Origin: an uncultured Rivularia sp.
Lineage (GTDB): Bacteria > Cyanobacteriota > Cyanobacteriia > Cyanobacteriales > Nostocaceae
DNA length: 64,000 bases
Reading direction: 5' to 3'
NCBI GenBank assembly: GCA_963665115.1
Contig: OY762007.1
Location: 4,576,001-4,640,000 of the forward strand
The notes beneath the pieces were generated by a model. That model did no database searches and had not been told where the DNA came from. It was given only the letters and a program-made list of their open reading frames with translations. Each line of letters starts with the position of its first letter. Position 1 is the first letter of the stretch. Shown here piece by piece: positions 53,415 to 62,501 of this stretch. A program made the translations under genes and the position numbers.

Positions 53415-55916
53415 ATGGATGATGAGGCAGTATTGGTATGGTTGGATACCGTAATACCTTCTAAAACTGGAGAACAATTAAGCGAATTAGATAAAATTAT
53501 TCTTCAGCAGGTTTGGCTGGGAAGAAAGTATTTGGAAATTGCTGATTTTTATGGCTGTACTGAGGGACACGCAAAGGATGTGGGTTCTCGGTTATGGAAG
53601 TTACTGTCTAAAGTGATGCGTCAGAAGATTACTAAAAGTAACTGTCGTAGGGTTTTAGAAAAGTGTTTTCGTAAAGCTGGTTCGATATCGGGTTTGTTTG
53701 ATTATCAAATTACGGAAAACCTAACCCCCCAGCCCCCTTCCCTACCAGGGAATGGGGAGAATGAGAATTTAAAGCCTCTCTGCGATACTCAGAAAGGTTT
53801 TTCTGATACCGTAAAAAACTCATTTAAACCAGAAAATATCAATTTTATCGGGAGAAGTGATGCGATAAATAGAATTGATGATTTAATAAATCTTGGTAGT
53901 AAAGTTATTGTGATTCAAGGTGAAGGTGGTTTGGGAAAAACTACTTTGGCTCAACAATATTTGCATTCTCAAGGGTTTGATGTAGTTTTAGAATTGTTGA
54001 TGGCAAAGGAAACTCAAAATATTACTTCAGCGCAACGGGTGGTGGAAGAATGGTTAAAATATGATTTGGCACAAGAGCCTGGTTTGGAATTTGGAGTAAC
54101 TTTAGGAAGATTAAAACGACAACTCCAATCAAAGCAAATTGGAATTTTAATTGATAATTTAGAACCCGCGCTGGATGGAAAAGGACGTTTTATTGCTCCT
54201 CATCGCAACTACATTGAATTATTGCGGATTTTAACTGATGCGAGAATAAATTGTACAACTTTAATTACTAGTAGAGATAGACTTTGCGAACCCGAATTAA
54301 ACGTAACTCACTATCGACTTCCCGGTTTAGATAAATTAGCTTGGCAAAAATATTTTATTAACCGTGAAATAAAGATTGAATTACCAACTTTGCAAAAAAT
54401 TCATCATGCTTACGGTGGCAATGCTAAGGCAATGGGAATTCTTTGCGGTGCAATTCTGGAAGATTTTGATGGTGATGTTACTGCTTATTGGCAAGAAAAT
54501 CATGCAGATCCTTTAGCAGTTACAGATTTAAAAAATTTAGCTGCGAGTCAAATTAACCGCTTGCAAAAACTTGATTCTCAAGCATATCGTTTGCTGTGTC
54601 GTTTGGGATGCTATCGTTACCAAGATGTTTCTACCGTACCAACTTCAGCACTTTTGAGTTTATTATGGGATGTTGAAGCAATAATGCATCGTCAAATAAT
54701 CGCTTCGTTGAAAAACCGCTCATTGATAGAGTGTAATAAAGGTGAATATTGGCTGCATCCCGTAATTCGAGCCGAAGCTATTTCGCGATTGCGATCGAGT
54801 GAAGATTGGGCGATCGCCAATCACAAAGCCGCAGAATTTTGGACGGATAGCATACAAACAATCGAAACTTTTCAAGATGCTTTACAAGCGTTGGAAGCTT
54901 ATTATCACTATATTGAAATTAATCAATTTGAATTAGCCGGGAAGCTGATTATTAAAAGTAGAAACAATCAATGGGGGCAATTTTTACCTCTGGGAAGCAC
55001 TTTATATCGGATGGGTTTGATTCAACCTGTTTTAGATGCCATTAATTATATTATCAATCGTATTGACGACGATACAAAAATTAGCGAACTATATAATATT
55101 TTAGGCGATTTATACTGGATAAGCGGTAAAGTACAGGCTGCAATTGAATATCAAGATAAAACAATTAATTTAGCAAGACAAGCGCTTGAGTCTATAGCTA
55201 ATAAAGAAGAGAACAAACAGGCATTTTATTATTATCGGATGCTTGAAGTTGATTCTTTATTAAGCATCGGACTTTATAAAATTGATTTATGGGAATTATC
55301 AGAATCTGCCGATTTATTTCAACAGGTAATTAATTTAGCTCAAAACACCGCGCATCATCCTTGGGCAGAAAAAGCAGCCGTTTGTTTGTCCTTAGTTAAT
55401 TCTTATTTAAAACAATATCCATCTGCTTATTTACTAGCGGATGAATGTTACAACAACATCACCGCAGAGCCGAATATTGAAAAAACGGCAAGATTTGCTT
55501 ATTTTATTCAAATACTTGGTCAAACTTATGTGAACTTAGCAGATTTTAGTAAAGCCAAGGAAATGTTTTTGATGGCTTTAAAATTTGCCGAAGAAAGTCA
55601 CTATACGCAGGTTAAAGCAAAAAGTTTGAATGGGTTAGCTGAAATATGTCGGAAAAATCACGAATTTGAATTGGCTTTGGAGAATCATTTAGCAGCGATT
55701 GAATTATTAGATAAAATTGGCGCTAAATGCGATTTAGCTGAAGCTTATTTTCAGTTGAGTTTGACTTATAATAATATTGGTAGTGACAGTGAAAGTCGAG
55801 ACAATATTGATAAAGCTATTCGGTTGTTTAAGGAGATAGAATCACCTAAGCAGGTGGAGAAAATCAGCGAGCGATTAGCAGTTAGCAGCGAACTGTTTTC
55901 AAACAATTATTTATAA
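53415..55916 (+). CDS. N-terminal HTH + NB-ARC/STAND ATPase + TPR protein
   Basis: YLEIADFYGCTEGHAKDVGSRLWKLLS HTH, FIGR, GEGGLGKTTLA, LIDNLE, ITSR, C-terminal TPRs. Confidence 0.85.
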   Translation: MDDEAVLVWLDTVIPSKTGEQLSELDKIILQQVWLGRKYLEIADFYGCTEGHAKDVGSRLWKLLSKVMRQKITKSNCRRVLEKCFRKAGSISGLFDYQITENLTPQPPSLPGNGENENLKPLCDTQKGFSDTVKNSFKPENINFIGRSDAINRIDDLINLGSKVIVIQGEGGLGKTTLAQQYLHSQGFDVVLELLMAKETQNITSAQRVVEEWLKYDLAQEPGLEFGVTLGRLKRQLQSKQIGILIDNLEPALDGKGRFIAPHRNYIELLRILTDARINCTTLITSRDRLCEPELNVTHYRLPGLDKLAWQKYFINREIKIELPTLQKIHHAYGGNAKAMGILCGAILEDFDGDVTAYWQENHADPLAVTDLKNLAASQINRLQKLDSQAYRLLCRLGCYRYQDVSTVPTSALLSLLWDVEAIMHRQIIASLKNRSLIECNKGEYWLHPVIRAEAISRLRSSEDWAIANHKAAEFWTDSIQTIETFQDALQALEAYYHYIEINQFELAGKLIIKSRNNQWGQFLPLGSTLYRMGLIQPVLDAINYIINRIDDDTKISELYNILGDLYWISGKVQAAIEYQDKTINLARQALESIANKEENKQAFYYYRMLEVDSLLSIGLYKIDLWELSESADLFQQVINLAQNTAHHPWAEKAAVCLSLVNSYLKQYPSAYLLADECYNNITAEPNIEKTARFAYFIQILGQTYVNLADFSKAKEMFLMALKFAEESHYTQVKAKSLNGLAEICRKNHEFELALENHLAAIELLDKIGAKCDLAEAYFQLSLTYNNIGSDSESRDNIDKAIRLFKEIESPKQVEKISERLAVSSELFSNNYL

Positions 55917-55957
55917 CTGAAACATGAGTTTTTTGTAATTATTAACATAATATTTGT

Positions 55958-56100
55958 GGCGTTGCTAAATTGACATATGAATTTATTTTTCTCATATTTA
56001 CTAGCCCCCTAAATCTCCCAATTTTGGGGGACTTTAAATTATTTTTCTCCCCCAGAATTGGGGATTGGGGGGCTTCGGCATACTTTTAATCAGCAACGCC
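55958..56100. mobile_element. MITE-like element with GGCGTTGCT...AGCAACGCC terminal inverted repeats
   Basis: TIRs plus internal CCCCC..GGGGG hairpins. Confidence 0.7.
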
Positions 56101-56354
56101 AAATTTTCTATTATTTAGGAATAGAGATAGCAAAATAAGCGTTTCTAATGTAATAGTAAATTTAGGCGTGTTTAAAAACAAAAATAATGAAAAAGCGTAT
56201 CGCCTTGAGTGCGCCTGCTGAAAAAAATGGTGTGTATGGTTAAGCGAGCGATAAGATTCTATTGATAAATCTTAAATATAAAAGTGAATTTAAAATCGGC
56301 GAAGTAGGAGCAGTTGTCAGGAGCAAAAAACTGTTAACTGACAACCGTTAAATA

Positions 56355-56831
56355 CTAAGCACCTTGTAATCTAGCGAAGCCAAAGGTAACGTTAAACTCT
56401 TCACACCAAATTGCTACAGATTTGAAGTCATCTAAATCAAAGTTGGCTGGAATTTCATAACGTTGAGCGCCATCGAAGCGTTGTAAGTTAGCCAGAGTTA
56501 CATAATTTTTTTCTTGTAAGTTGACGGGTACGGTGCTTTTGCGGTGTAAAACAACTCTTACTTTCGGTCCGCGTGCGGTGGTAAATCCTTTACTGAATTC
56601 CAAATAGCGCTTACCATTCTTCTCAACAATTTTAGCCGTACCGTTGGTGGGGTGGTCTTGTTCGGTGGTAACAAAGCTACCGGATGCAATCAGTGATTGT
56701 GATTTTGCTGCAATTACACTTCGTCCCGCTCTTTGTGCCTGTACTGGTTGTGCATTGAGTGCTAACTGTCCGACGCTACCGAATAATACGATTGATGCGA
56801 TTCCGAATCCAGCTAATTTGTTGAGTTTCAT
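56355..56831 (-). CDS. Secreted DM13-domain protein
   Basis: Signal peptide; HPTNGTAKI..GPKVRVVL..GAQRYEIP..SVAIWCEEFNVTFG. Confidence 0.88.
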   Translation of the reverse strand: MKLNKLAGFGIASIVLFGSVGQLALNAQPVQAQRAGRSVIAAKSQSLIASGSFVTTEQDHPTNGTAKIVEKNGKRYLEFSKGFTTARGPKVRVVLHRKSTVPVNLQEKNYVTLANLQRFDGAQRYEIPANFDLDDFKSVAIWCEEFNVTFGFARLQGA

Positions 56832-56966
56832 TTGTAGTTACCTCGTGTTGGTTGTTTCTCCGTCCTTAATTACTAATATGAGGGATGAAGCTGAGGTGGT
56901 AGTGAATGATAACTGAGGTAGCGGTAAGAGTTATCTGAGAAAACTGAGAGTTAACAGCTTGTATGT

Positions 56967-58526
56967 TCACGCCCGAATCACAGTAATAGCCCGTTGATTT
57001 TCAGTAGTCACAACCTTGGTTGATAAACGTTCTTCTATTGGTAATGCATTTTTACGTCTGTCAAATACGAGTAACCAACCTTCATTTAATCCCAAACGTG
57101 CTAAATATGATTCTAATTGTTCGATTCCTTCGGCTTGGGGGTCACGTTTTTTTTCACGCCACACTTTTAATTCAATTCCAAGAGTAGTAGAACCATACCT
57201 TAAACATAAATCCATCCTGTCACTACCGATTGCATATTCCCGTTCTAAGGTACCACCACCATTAACAACGCGATGCAAGAAAGCCATTAATACTAAATGA
57301 GGTGCGATTTCGTGATAGCCAGTGCTACCTAATAATGGTTCTCCATGCTGTCGCCAGAATTTAATAAAAGCTTCTAATAAAGCATTTTTATTTAATTCCC
57401 CTTCTGGAGTTAGCCAAGTCGGTGCAATCATAGGTAGAGAAGCCATTGGTGTTACCGTTAATACTCTCGGTAAAACCTCGCGATAAATTGGGTTTGCAAT
57501 TGTTAATCCACCTTGGGGATGCATGATACACAAACCCAAGTCAATTACAAATTGAATATCATCATTGGGAATATCTCCTAATTCCAAACCAGCTAAAATT
57601 GGTTCGATAATTGCTTTAATTCTTGGTTCCCGCAAGCGTTCAGCTAAACTATCAAGATGGGTATCTCGACGAGCAATTAATATTTCTTTTGCTTGTAAAA
57701 TATGCTCTTTAGTAATAGGAATATTTCTATCCTTAACCATTTTTTCCACAACTTCTTTAGCTAAAGCATTAACTAACCAAGGTTGTCCCTGAGTTAAATC
57801 AAAAGCTGTTGCGCTGGCTTCTGGTGTGAAAATTTGTCCGGTATCTTCAGTATGTTGTTGGTATAATTCTGCGACTTCTTCAGCGTTAAAGTTTCTTAGG
57901 GTTATAGAACTAACTTTGATATTAAAAGGGCTGGATGTATTTAATCTGTCACTCCCACCGGATGCAACTTTGTAATCTCGCACATCTCTTAAACCTATTA
58001 AACCTACAGAAGAGGGAAAATTTTCTGGACGATTGGGAAAACCATCTCGTAATTGGCGTAAAACTGAAATCAAAGTATCATCTTGCAGGGAATCGATTTC
58101 ATCAATAAATATTACCAAAGGTTTCGTTGAAGATTTTGCCCAGGCTTGACAAAAAGCTCGAATTCTGCGTCCTGGTTCTTCTTTTTGCCATTGATTGAGA
58201 ACGGGTGGTTGCAATTCATCGGGCAATCGAATCGAAATTGTATCGTACCAAGTTCCCAAAATAGCCAATTCTGCCGCACCTGGATCGTGATTAAAAGCAC
58301 TTCCCACTTCCACCGATACCATTACTGCTGTGTAGCGTCCACTTGCAGTAAGCTGTTGCGCTAAAGCTAACATTGCCGTAGTTTTACCAGTTTGACGGGG
58401 TGCATGAACGACAAAATAGCTTTCTTGTTCGATAAGCATTGACAAATCAGGTAGCCGACTTGTCGGTGGTAGCATATAGTGTTTGTCTGCTTTACACGGA
58501 CCTGCAATGTTAAACCAGCGAGACAT
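56967..58526 (-). CDS. AAA-like ATPase with a C-terminal PD-(D/E)XK-like nuclease domain
   Basis: APRQTGKTT, IFIDEID, SPFNI, GQPWLVN; REYAIGSDRMDL..GIELK..QLESY. Confidence 0.82.
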   Translation of the reverse strand: MSRWFNIAGPCKADKHYMLPPTSRLPDLSMLIEQESYFVVHAPRQTGKTTAMLALAQQLTASGRYTAVMVSVEVGSAFNHDPGAAELAILGTWYDTISIRLPDELQPPVLNQWQKEEPGRRIRAFCQAWAKSSTKPLVIFIDEIDSLQDDTLISVLRQLRDGFPNRPENFPSSVGLIGLRDVRDYKVASGGSDRLNTSSPFNIKVSSITLRNFNAEEVAELYQQHTEDTGQIFTPEASATAFDLTQGQPWLVNALAKEVVEKMVKDRNIPITKEHILQAKEILIARRDTHLDSLAERLREPRIKAIIEPILAGLELGDIPNDDIQFVIDLGLCIMHPQGGLTIANPIYREVLPRVLTVTPMASLPMIAPTWLTPEGELNKNALLEAFIKFWRQHGEPLLGSTGYHEIAPHLVLMAFLHRVVNGGGTLEREYAIGSDRMDLCLRYGSTTLGIELKVWREKKRDPQAEGIEQLESYLARLGLNEGWLLVFDRRKNALPIEERLSTKVVTTENQRAITVIRA

Positions 58527-58612
58527 GAGTGTAGAGAATTAGCGGACACTTTGAGTTTAGACGATTTTGGGGAAGGGGATTGATATTTTAACCTGGCGAT
58601 TGAATATGCTGC

Positions 58613-58666
58613 ACTCATGCTGAGTATGACAAAGTAGATGCCGCAAACAATCCAAACAGAGGTTAA
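58613..58666 (+). pseudogene. higB: 3' remnant of a HigB toxin gene
   Basis: THAEYDKVDA matches the HigB C-terminal GTHAEYDK motif; lies immediately upstream of higA. Confidence 0.7.
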
Positions 58667-58669
58667 TCT

Positions 58670-59047
58670 ATGGAAATACGCCCAATTAGGACTAAAACTG
58701 ACCATCAAGAAGCTCTTCGAGAGATTGAGTTGCTGTTTGATGCTGCCGAGAATACACCTTCTGGCGATCGCCTAGACATCCTTAGTACTCTCGTAGAAGC
58801 TTATGAGAAAACACATTTTCCGATTGAACTACCCGATCCGATTGAGGCAATTCATTATTATATGGATACTCGTGGTTTATCTCGTCGTGATTTGGAATCA
58901 TGTCTAGGCAGTAGAGCAAGGGTATCTGAGGTTTTATCTCGTAAACGCACCTTAACTTTAGAGATGATTCGGAAGTTAAATCAAGAATTAAAGATTCCGG
59001 CTGAAATTCTTATCCAACCCTATGAGTCAAAACAAGTCTCCGCATAA
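58670..59047 (+). CDS. higA: HigA-type antitoxin (HTH)
   Basis: RPIRT..LVEAYE..PDPIEAI..SRARVSEVLSRKRTLTLEMIRKL. Confidence 0.9.
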   Translation: MEIRPIRTKTDHQEALREIELLFDAAENTPSGDRLDILSTLVEAYEKTHFPIELPDPIEAIHYYMDTRGLSRRDLESCLGSRARVSEVLSRKRTLTLEMIRKLNQELKIPAEILIQPYESKQVSA

Positions 59048-59089
59048 TAAAGCGATAATGCACCCGGCAGGTGATAGGCAAAGTTAACA
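59042..59089 (+). other. Degenerate integron attC-like site after higA
   Basis: GCATAAT containing the stop codon ... ATGCACC / GGTGAT with one extra G ... GTTAACA. Confidence 0.5.
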
Positions 59090-59100
59090 ATTTAAAGCCT

Positions 59101-59397
59101 TTAGGCGATCGCACCACGCCAAGCCCCCAAAATTGCTAATTCTGCGGCGCTGGGGTCATTGTTAAAGGCACTTCCCACTTCTGCGGATAACATCACTGCT
59201 GCATAACGTCTGGTTGCGGTAAGTTGTTGCGCTAATGCCAACATTGCCGTAGTTTTACCAGTTTGACGGGGTGCGTGAAGGACAAAATAGCTTTCTTGTT
59301 CGATAAGCATTGACAAATCGGGTAGCCGACTTGTCGGTGAAAGCATATAGTGTTTGTCTGCTTTACAGGGATCTGCAATATTAAACCAGCGAGACAT
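59101..59397 (-). pseudogene. 5' fragment of a second allele of the 56967-58526 ATPase, ending at a HIP1 site
   Basis: Near-identical N-terminus and upstream region; reading ends ..GAWRGAIA* at GCGATCGC 59105-59112. Confidence 0.88.
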
Positions 59398-59465
59398 GGG
59401 GTGTAGGGAGTTAGCGGACACTTTGAGTTTAGATGATTTTGGGGAAGGGGTTGATATTTTAAGCT

Positions 59466-59512
59466 GGCGATTGAAATCGCGGCTACACAGGCAAAACCCG
59501 CCTGCGCGGGTT
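59466..59512. repeat. Small dispersed repeat GGCGATTGAAATCGCGGCTACACAGGCAAAACCCGCCTGCGCGGG
   Basis: Diverged inverted copy at ~33475-33521; truncated copy at 58595-58612. Confidence 0.7.
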
Positions 59513-59647
59513 AATCATTAAGTTGGTTTAAGTGGGTGTAGTTTGACTACAAGATTAGATACAGCGGGAAATACGGTCAATTATGGAGCAGTACCGGATA
59601 CATTTTTTATCGAATAGAATCGTGAATGTTGCGATCGCAGGTGGTGC

Positions 59648-60442
59648 ATGACTACTCGAAATTTCAAACGAGCATACAATCAGCTAGAAGTATGCATGGG
59701 AGACTTCGCTAAGAAAAATGGTGAAATATATGTTCCTAATATAGTTCCAGAAAGTCCAGCAGATTATATTTTTATATGTATGGAACCTTCATTGGGTGAA
59801 TGGGCAAAAAATCGCGATGATGCAGAAAGCAAATTAAGAGATGGATTCAGGAACTTTCTTGATGGCTTTAATACAATGATATTGCACTACGCCATACGTA
59901 ATTATCTTTGTAAAGACAATCAAACTTACCATATTACCGACCTTTCAAAAGGAGCGATGCTTGTTAAAGATGCAGATAATAATAGGATAAAAAGATACGA
60001 AAATTGGTATCCTTTATTGTTACATGAAATGAACTTAGTTGCTTTTAGTAACGTAATGGTTTTTGCTATAGGCTCTCATGTTGTAAATTTTCTTCAAAGA
60101 AAACAATTTCCTTGGGATTTTACACAATTAATTCATTACTCAGGTCAAGCTGTTAGCCATTGGGATAAACCTATCCAAGAAAATGAAGAAGATTTTAAGC
60201 GATTTCAGGATACAGTTACTGATGAGGATTTTTTGAATAATGCCAAAGCTGTTATCGAAAGTTCAAAAGTACCTCTAGTAATCGGTAAACGGGCACTTGA
60301 AAGATTAAGCAAATCGAATCTTACACTTTCAAGACGTAAGCTAATGTTTAACTACAAGTTGATTTTCGATGCAGTACGTTACAAAAATAGTCCCTACACA
60401 GAGCGTGGAGGTGCAGAAATAGATAGTTATTGCATGAGTTAA
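59648..60442 (+). CDS. Hypothetical protein with uracil-DNA glycosylase-like motif order
   Basis: FICMEPS..YHITDLSK..VFAIG..LIHYS. Confidence 0.55.
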   Translation: MTTRNFKRAYNQLEVCMGDFAKKNGEIYVPNIVPESPADYIFICMEPSLGEWAKNRDDAESKLRDGFRNFLDGFNTMILHYAIRNYLCKDNQTYHITDLSKGAMLVKDADNNRIKRYENWYPLLLHEMNLVAFSNVMVFAIGSHVVNFLQRKQFPWDFTQLIHYSGQAVSHWDKPIQENEEDFKRFQDTVTDEDFLNNAKAVIESSKVPLVIGKRALERLSKSNLTLSRRKLMFNYKLIFDAVRYKNSPYTERGGAEIDSYCMS

Positions 60443-60656
60443 ATAGGAGATTATCATAAAAATATTTTCAATTTACAACCTAATCTAAGTGTTTATAAAA
60501 TAATTTATTAGTAAGGTGTGTTACAGCTTTTTAGAGGATGTTTTTAAAGTCGGATTTAATACCTTCCCTGTGTGGGGTTTTCTCTCTTGCCTGATTCGGC
60601 ATTGTGCCTCAAATATCGGATAATCACAAATGTACTTAAACTTAAGGGTTAACTGA

Positions 60657-61656
60657 ATGCTATGGTTCGTTGCGTCTCTTGGGGTAGTGATTGTAGTAAT
60701 TGGATTTGGAGCCATCTATCAAGCACTTGCTACAAATCGCGATCGTCGAAGGTTTCTGCCACCTGGAAAGGTAGTTCAAATTAACGGCAAAAACTGGCAT
60801 TATCAAGTGATGGGTGAAGGTAGCCCAACAGTTATCGTCGATAGTGGAACCGGAGGTACTCATCTAGATTGGCAATTAGTGCAGCCCGAAGTTGCCAAAT
60901 TTACAAGAATCTTGACCTACGATCGAGCAGGCTATGGCTGGAGTGATTTAAGTTCAGAACAACGTACTGCTGAACAAGTCGTTGGTGAATTGCGGCAGCT
61001 TTTGAGAGAGATTGAAGTTGAGCCACCCTATATCTTAGTAGGAATGTCTTTAGGTGGTTTATTTAGTCGCTTATTTACCTATGACTATCCAGAAGAAGTG
61101 GCTGGGATGGTTTTAGTGGATGTCGCTCATGAGAGAATGTATGAGGATACACAGACCGAATGGGTTGAATTAAACAAACGATTGGAAGGGCTGTTAACTC
61201 ACTTGGTGCCAATTATAGTTCGTATTGGTCTGCTTCGTTTGCTTGTCGCTTTTGATTCTCTGCCGATGGCGGCTGGTTTATTCCAAAAATTTCCACCTTC
61301 AACACGACCCTCTTGCTAAAGCACTCTATTCTCAAACTCAGTTTGGAAAAACCTTTGCTCAAGAATCGGCTGCGGTATCAATCAGCATGAGCCAGGTTGA
61401 GCAAGCACGTCAAATAAAGTCGTTTCCAGATATTCCTCTTATTGTTTTGTCGGCTGGAAAACCAGCCTTCGACATCACACAAGAGGTGCTTGAGAAGTTG
61501 CAAGAGTTACATGCAGATCTAGCCAATGATTCGCCACAAGGCGTTCACATTGTTGCTCACGAAAGTGGGCATGCAATACACCTCGACAAACCAGAATTAG
61601 TCATTGATGCAGTTCGTCAAGTTGTTGAAAAAGTGCATTGCAGTAGCGCCATATAA
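60657..61656 (+). CDS. Alpha/beta hydrolase; apparent +1 frameshift at CCC 61308-61310
   Basis: YDRAGYGWS, GMSLGG nucleophile elbow, SGHAIHLDKPE; two ORFs join as ..STRPLAKALYS.. Confidence 0.85.
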
Positions 61657-61711
61657 CCCTGGTGCAGCGGACTGCATAAAGTACTTGTGGTGTTGCAAAG
61701 GTATTGCCGTC
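61651..61711 (+). other. Truncated attC-like site after the hydrolase
   Basis: ATATAAC containing the stop codon, GGTGCAGC, inner hairpin GAC-T-GCA..TGC-C-GTC; the right-hand boxes are missing. Confidence 0.4.
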
Positions 61712-61891
61712 ACCACCATCACCCCCTGCTAAAGAAATCATCAAAACCGCAATAATCTTCAATCCAAAGCGAGAAGCAAGAAAGTCTGCCAAAAGAAGGA
61801 ATGGCTGCTGGTACGATCGCACTCGGTATTGGTTGCGGTGTTAACCAAATTGTCAGCGGAAATATCGGAGCTAAGGCAATACCAATTAAAG
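61712..61891 (-). pseudogene. Diverged copy of the 3' end of the downstream MFS gene
   Basis: Aligns to 62551-62770 (LIGIALAPIFPLTIWLTPQ...) with a 42-nt internal deletion. Confidence 0.85.
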
Positions 61892-61932
61892 TTAAAATTG
61901 AGATGTAATATTTAACGGCAATCTTCATTAAT

Positions 61933-62235
61933 ATGACGAACCAGTCTAGCTCACCTCCAACTACTCTCGAAGTGCTGCTTCATGAAATCGAAGCTACTCC
62001 TAGAGAGTATTGGTCAGATTTACTAGATACTTTGCGCGAGTTTCGACAAAATATTCCATCAACCGCTTCACCCGTTATCGATGCCGAGCAAGCGCAGAAA
62101 AATCAAGCAGCGATCGAGCTTCTAGATTCCTTGCTGGATGATACTGAAGATGCCTCGGAACATCAGCAAACTTGGGATTTTTTGAAAACTGCTTTGGATG
62201 AAGATAGGTTATCTAATCGCCCCTTATTCCCATGA
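61933..62235 (+). CDS. Putative antitoxin
   Basis: QKNQAAIELLDSL..EHQQTWDFLKTALDEDRLSNRPLFP; ATGA overlap with a PIN gene. Confidence 0.75.
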   Translation: MTNQSSSPPTTLEVLLHEIEATPREYWSDLLDTLREFRQNIPSTASPVIDAEQAQKNQAAIELLDSLLDDTEDASEHQQTWDFLKTALDEDRLSNRPLFP

Positions 62236-62387
62236 ATCGTTTGATTTTACTCGATTCTGGACCTTTGGGAATGGTTACGAATCCGAAAGCTACGGGTACT
62301 CCCCTTGATTGTCAACTTTGGCTAAAATCCCTCTTACGACGCGGAGAAAGGTTTGCTATTCCAGAAATTTCAGATTATGAAGTTCGT
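62232..62387 (+). pseudogene. Truncated PIN-domain (VapC-like) toxin
   Basis: ILLDSGPLG..IPEISDYEVR, then unrelated sequence after ~52 codons. Confidence 0.75.
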
Positions 62388-62501
62388 CTTAAAGTTAGAT
62401 ATATTTGCCTAAATTTTCCGATAAAAACATCCCATCCATTTTTCTACGGTTGAGGTTCAATTTCTTTGAAAGAAAAATCCTATCCTCCGAATAAACATTG
62501 T

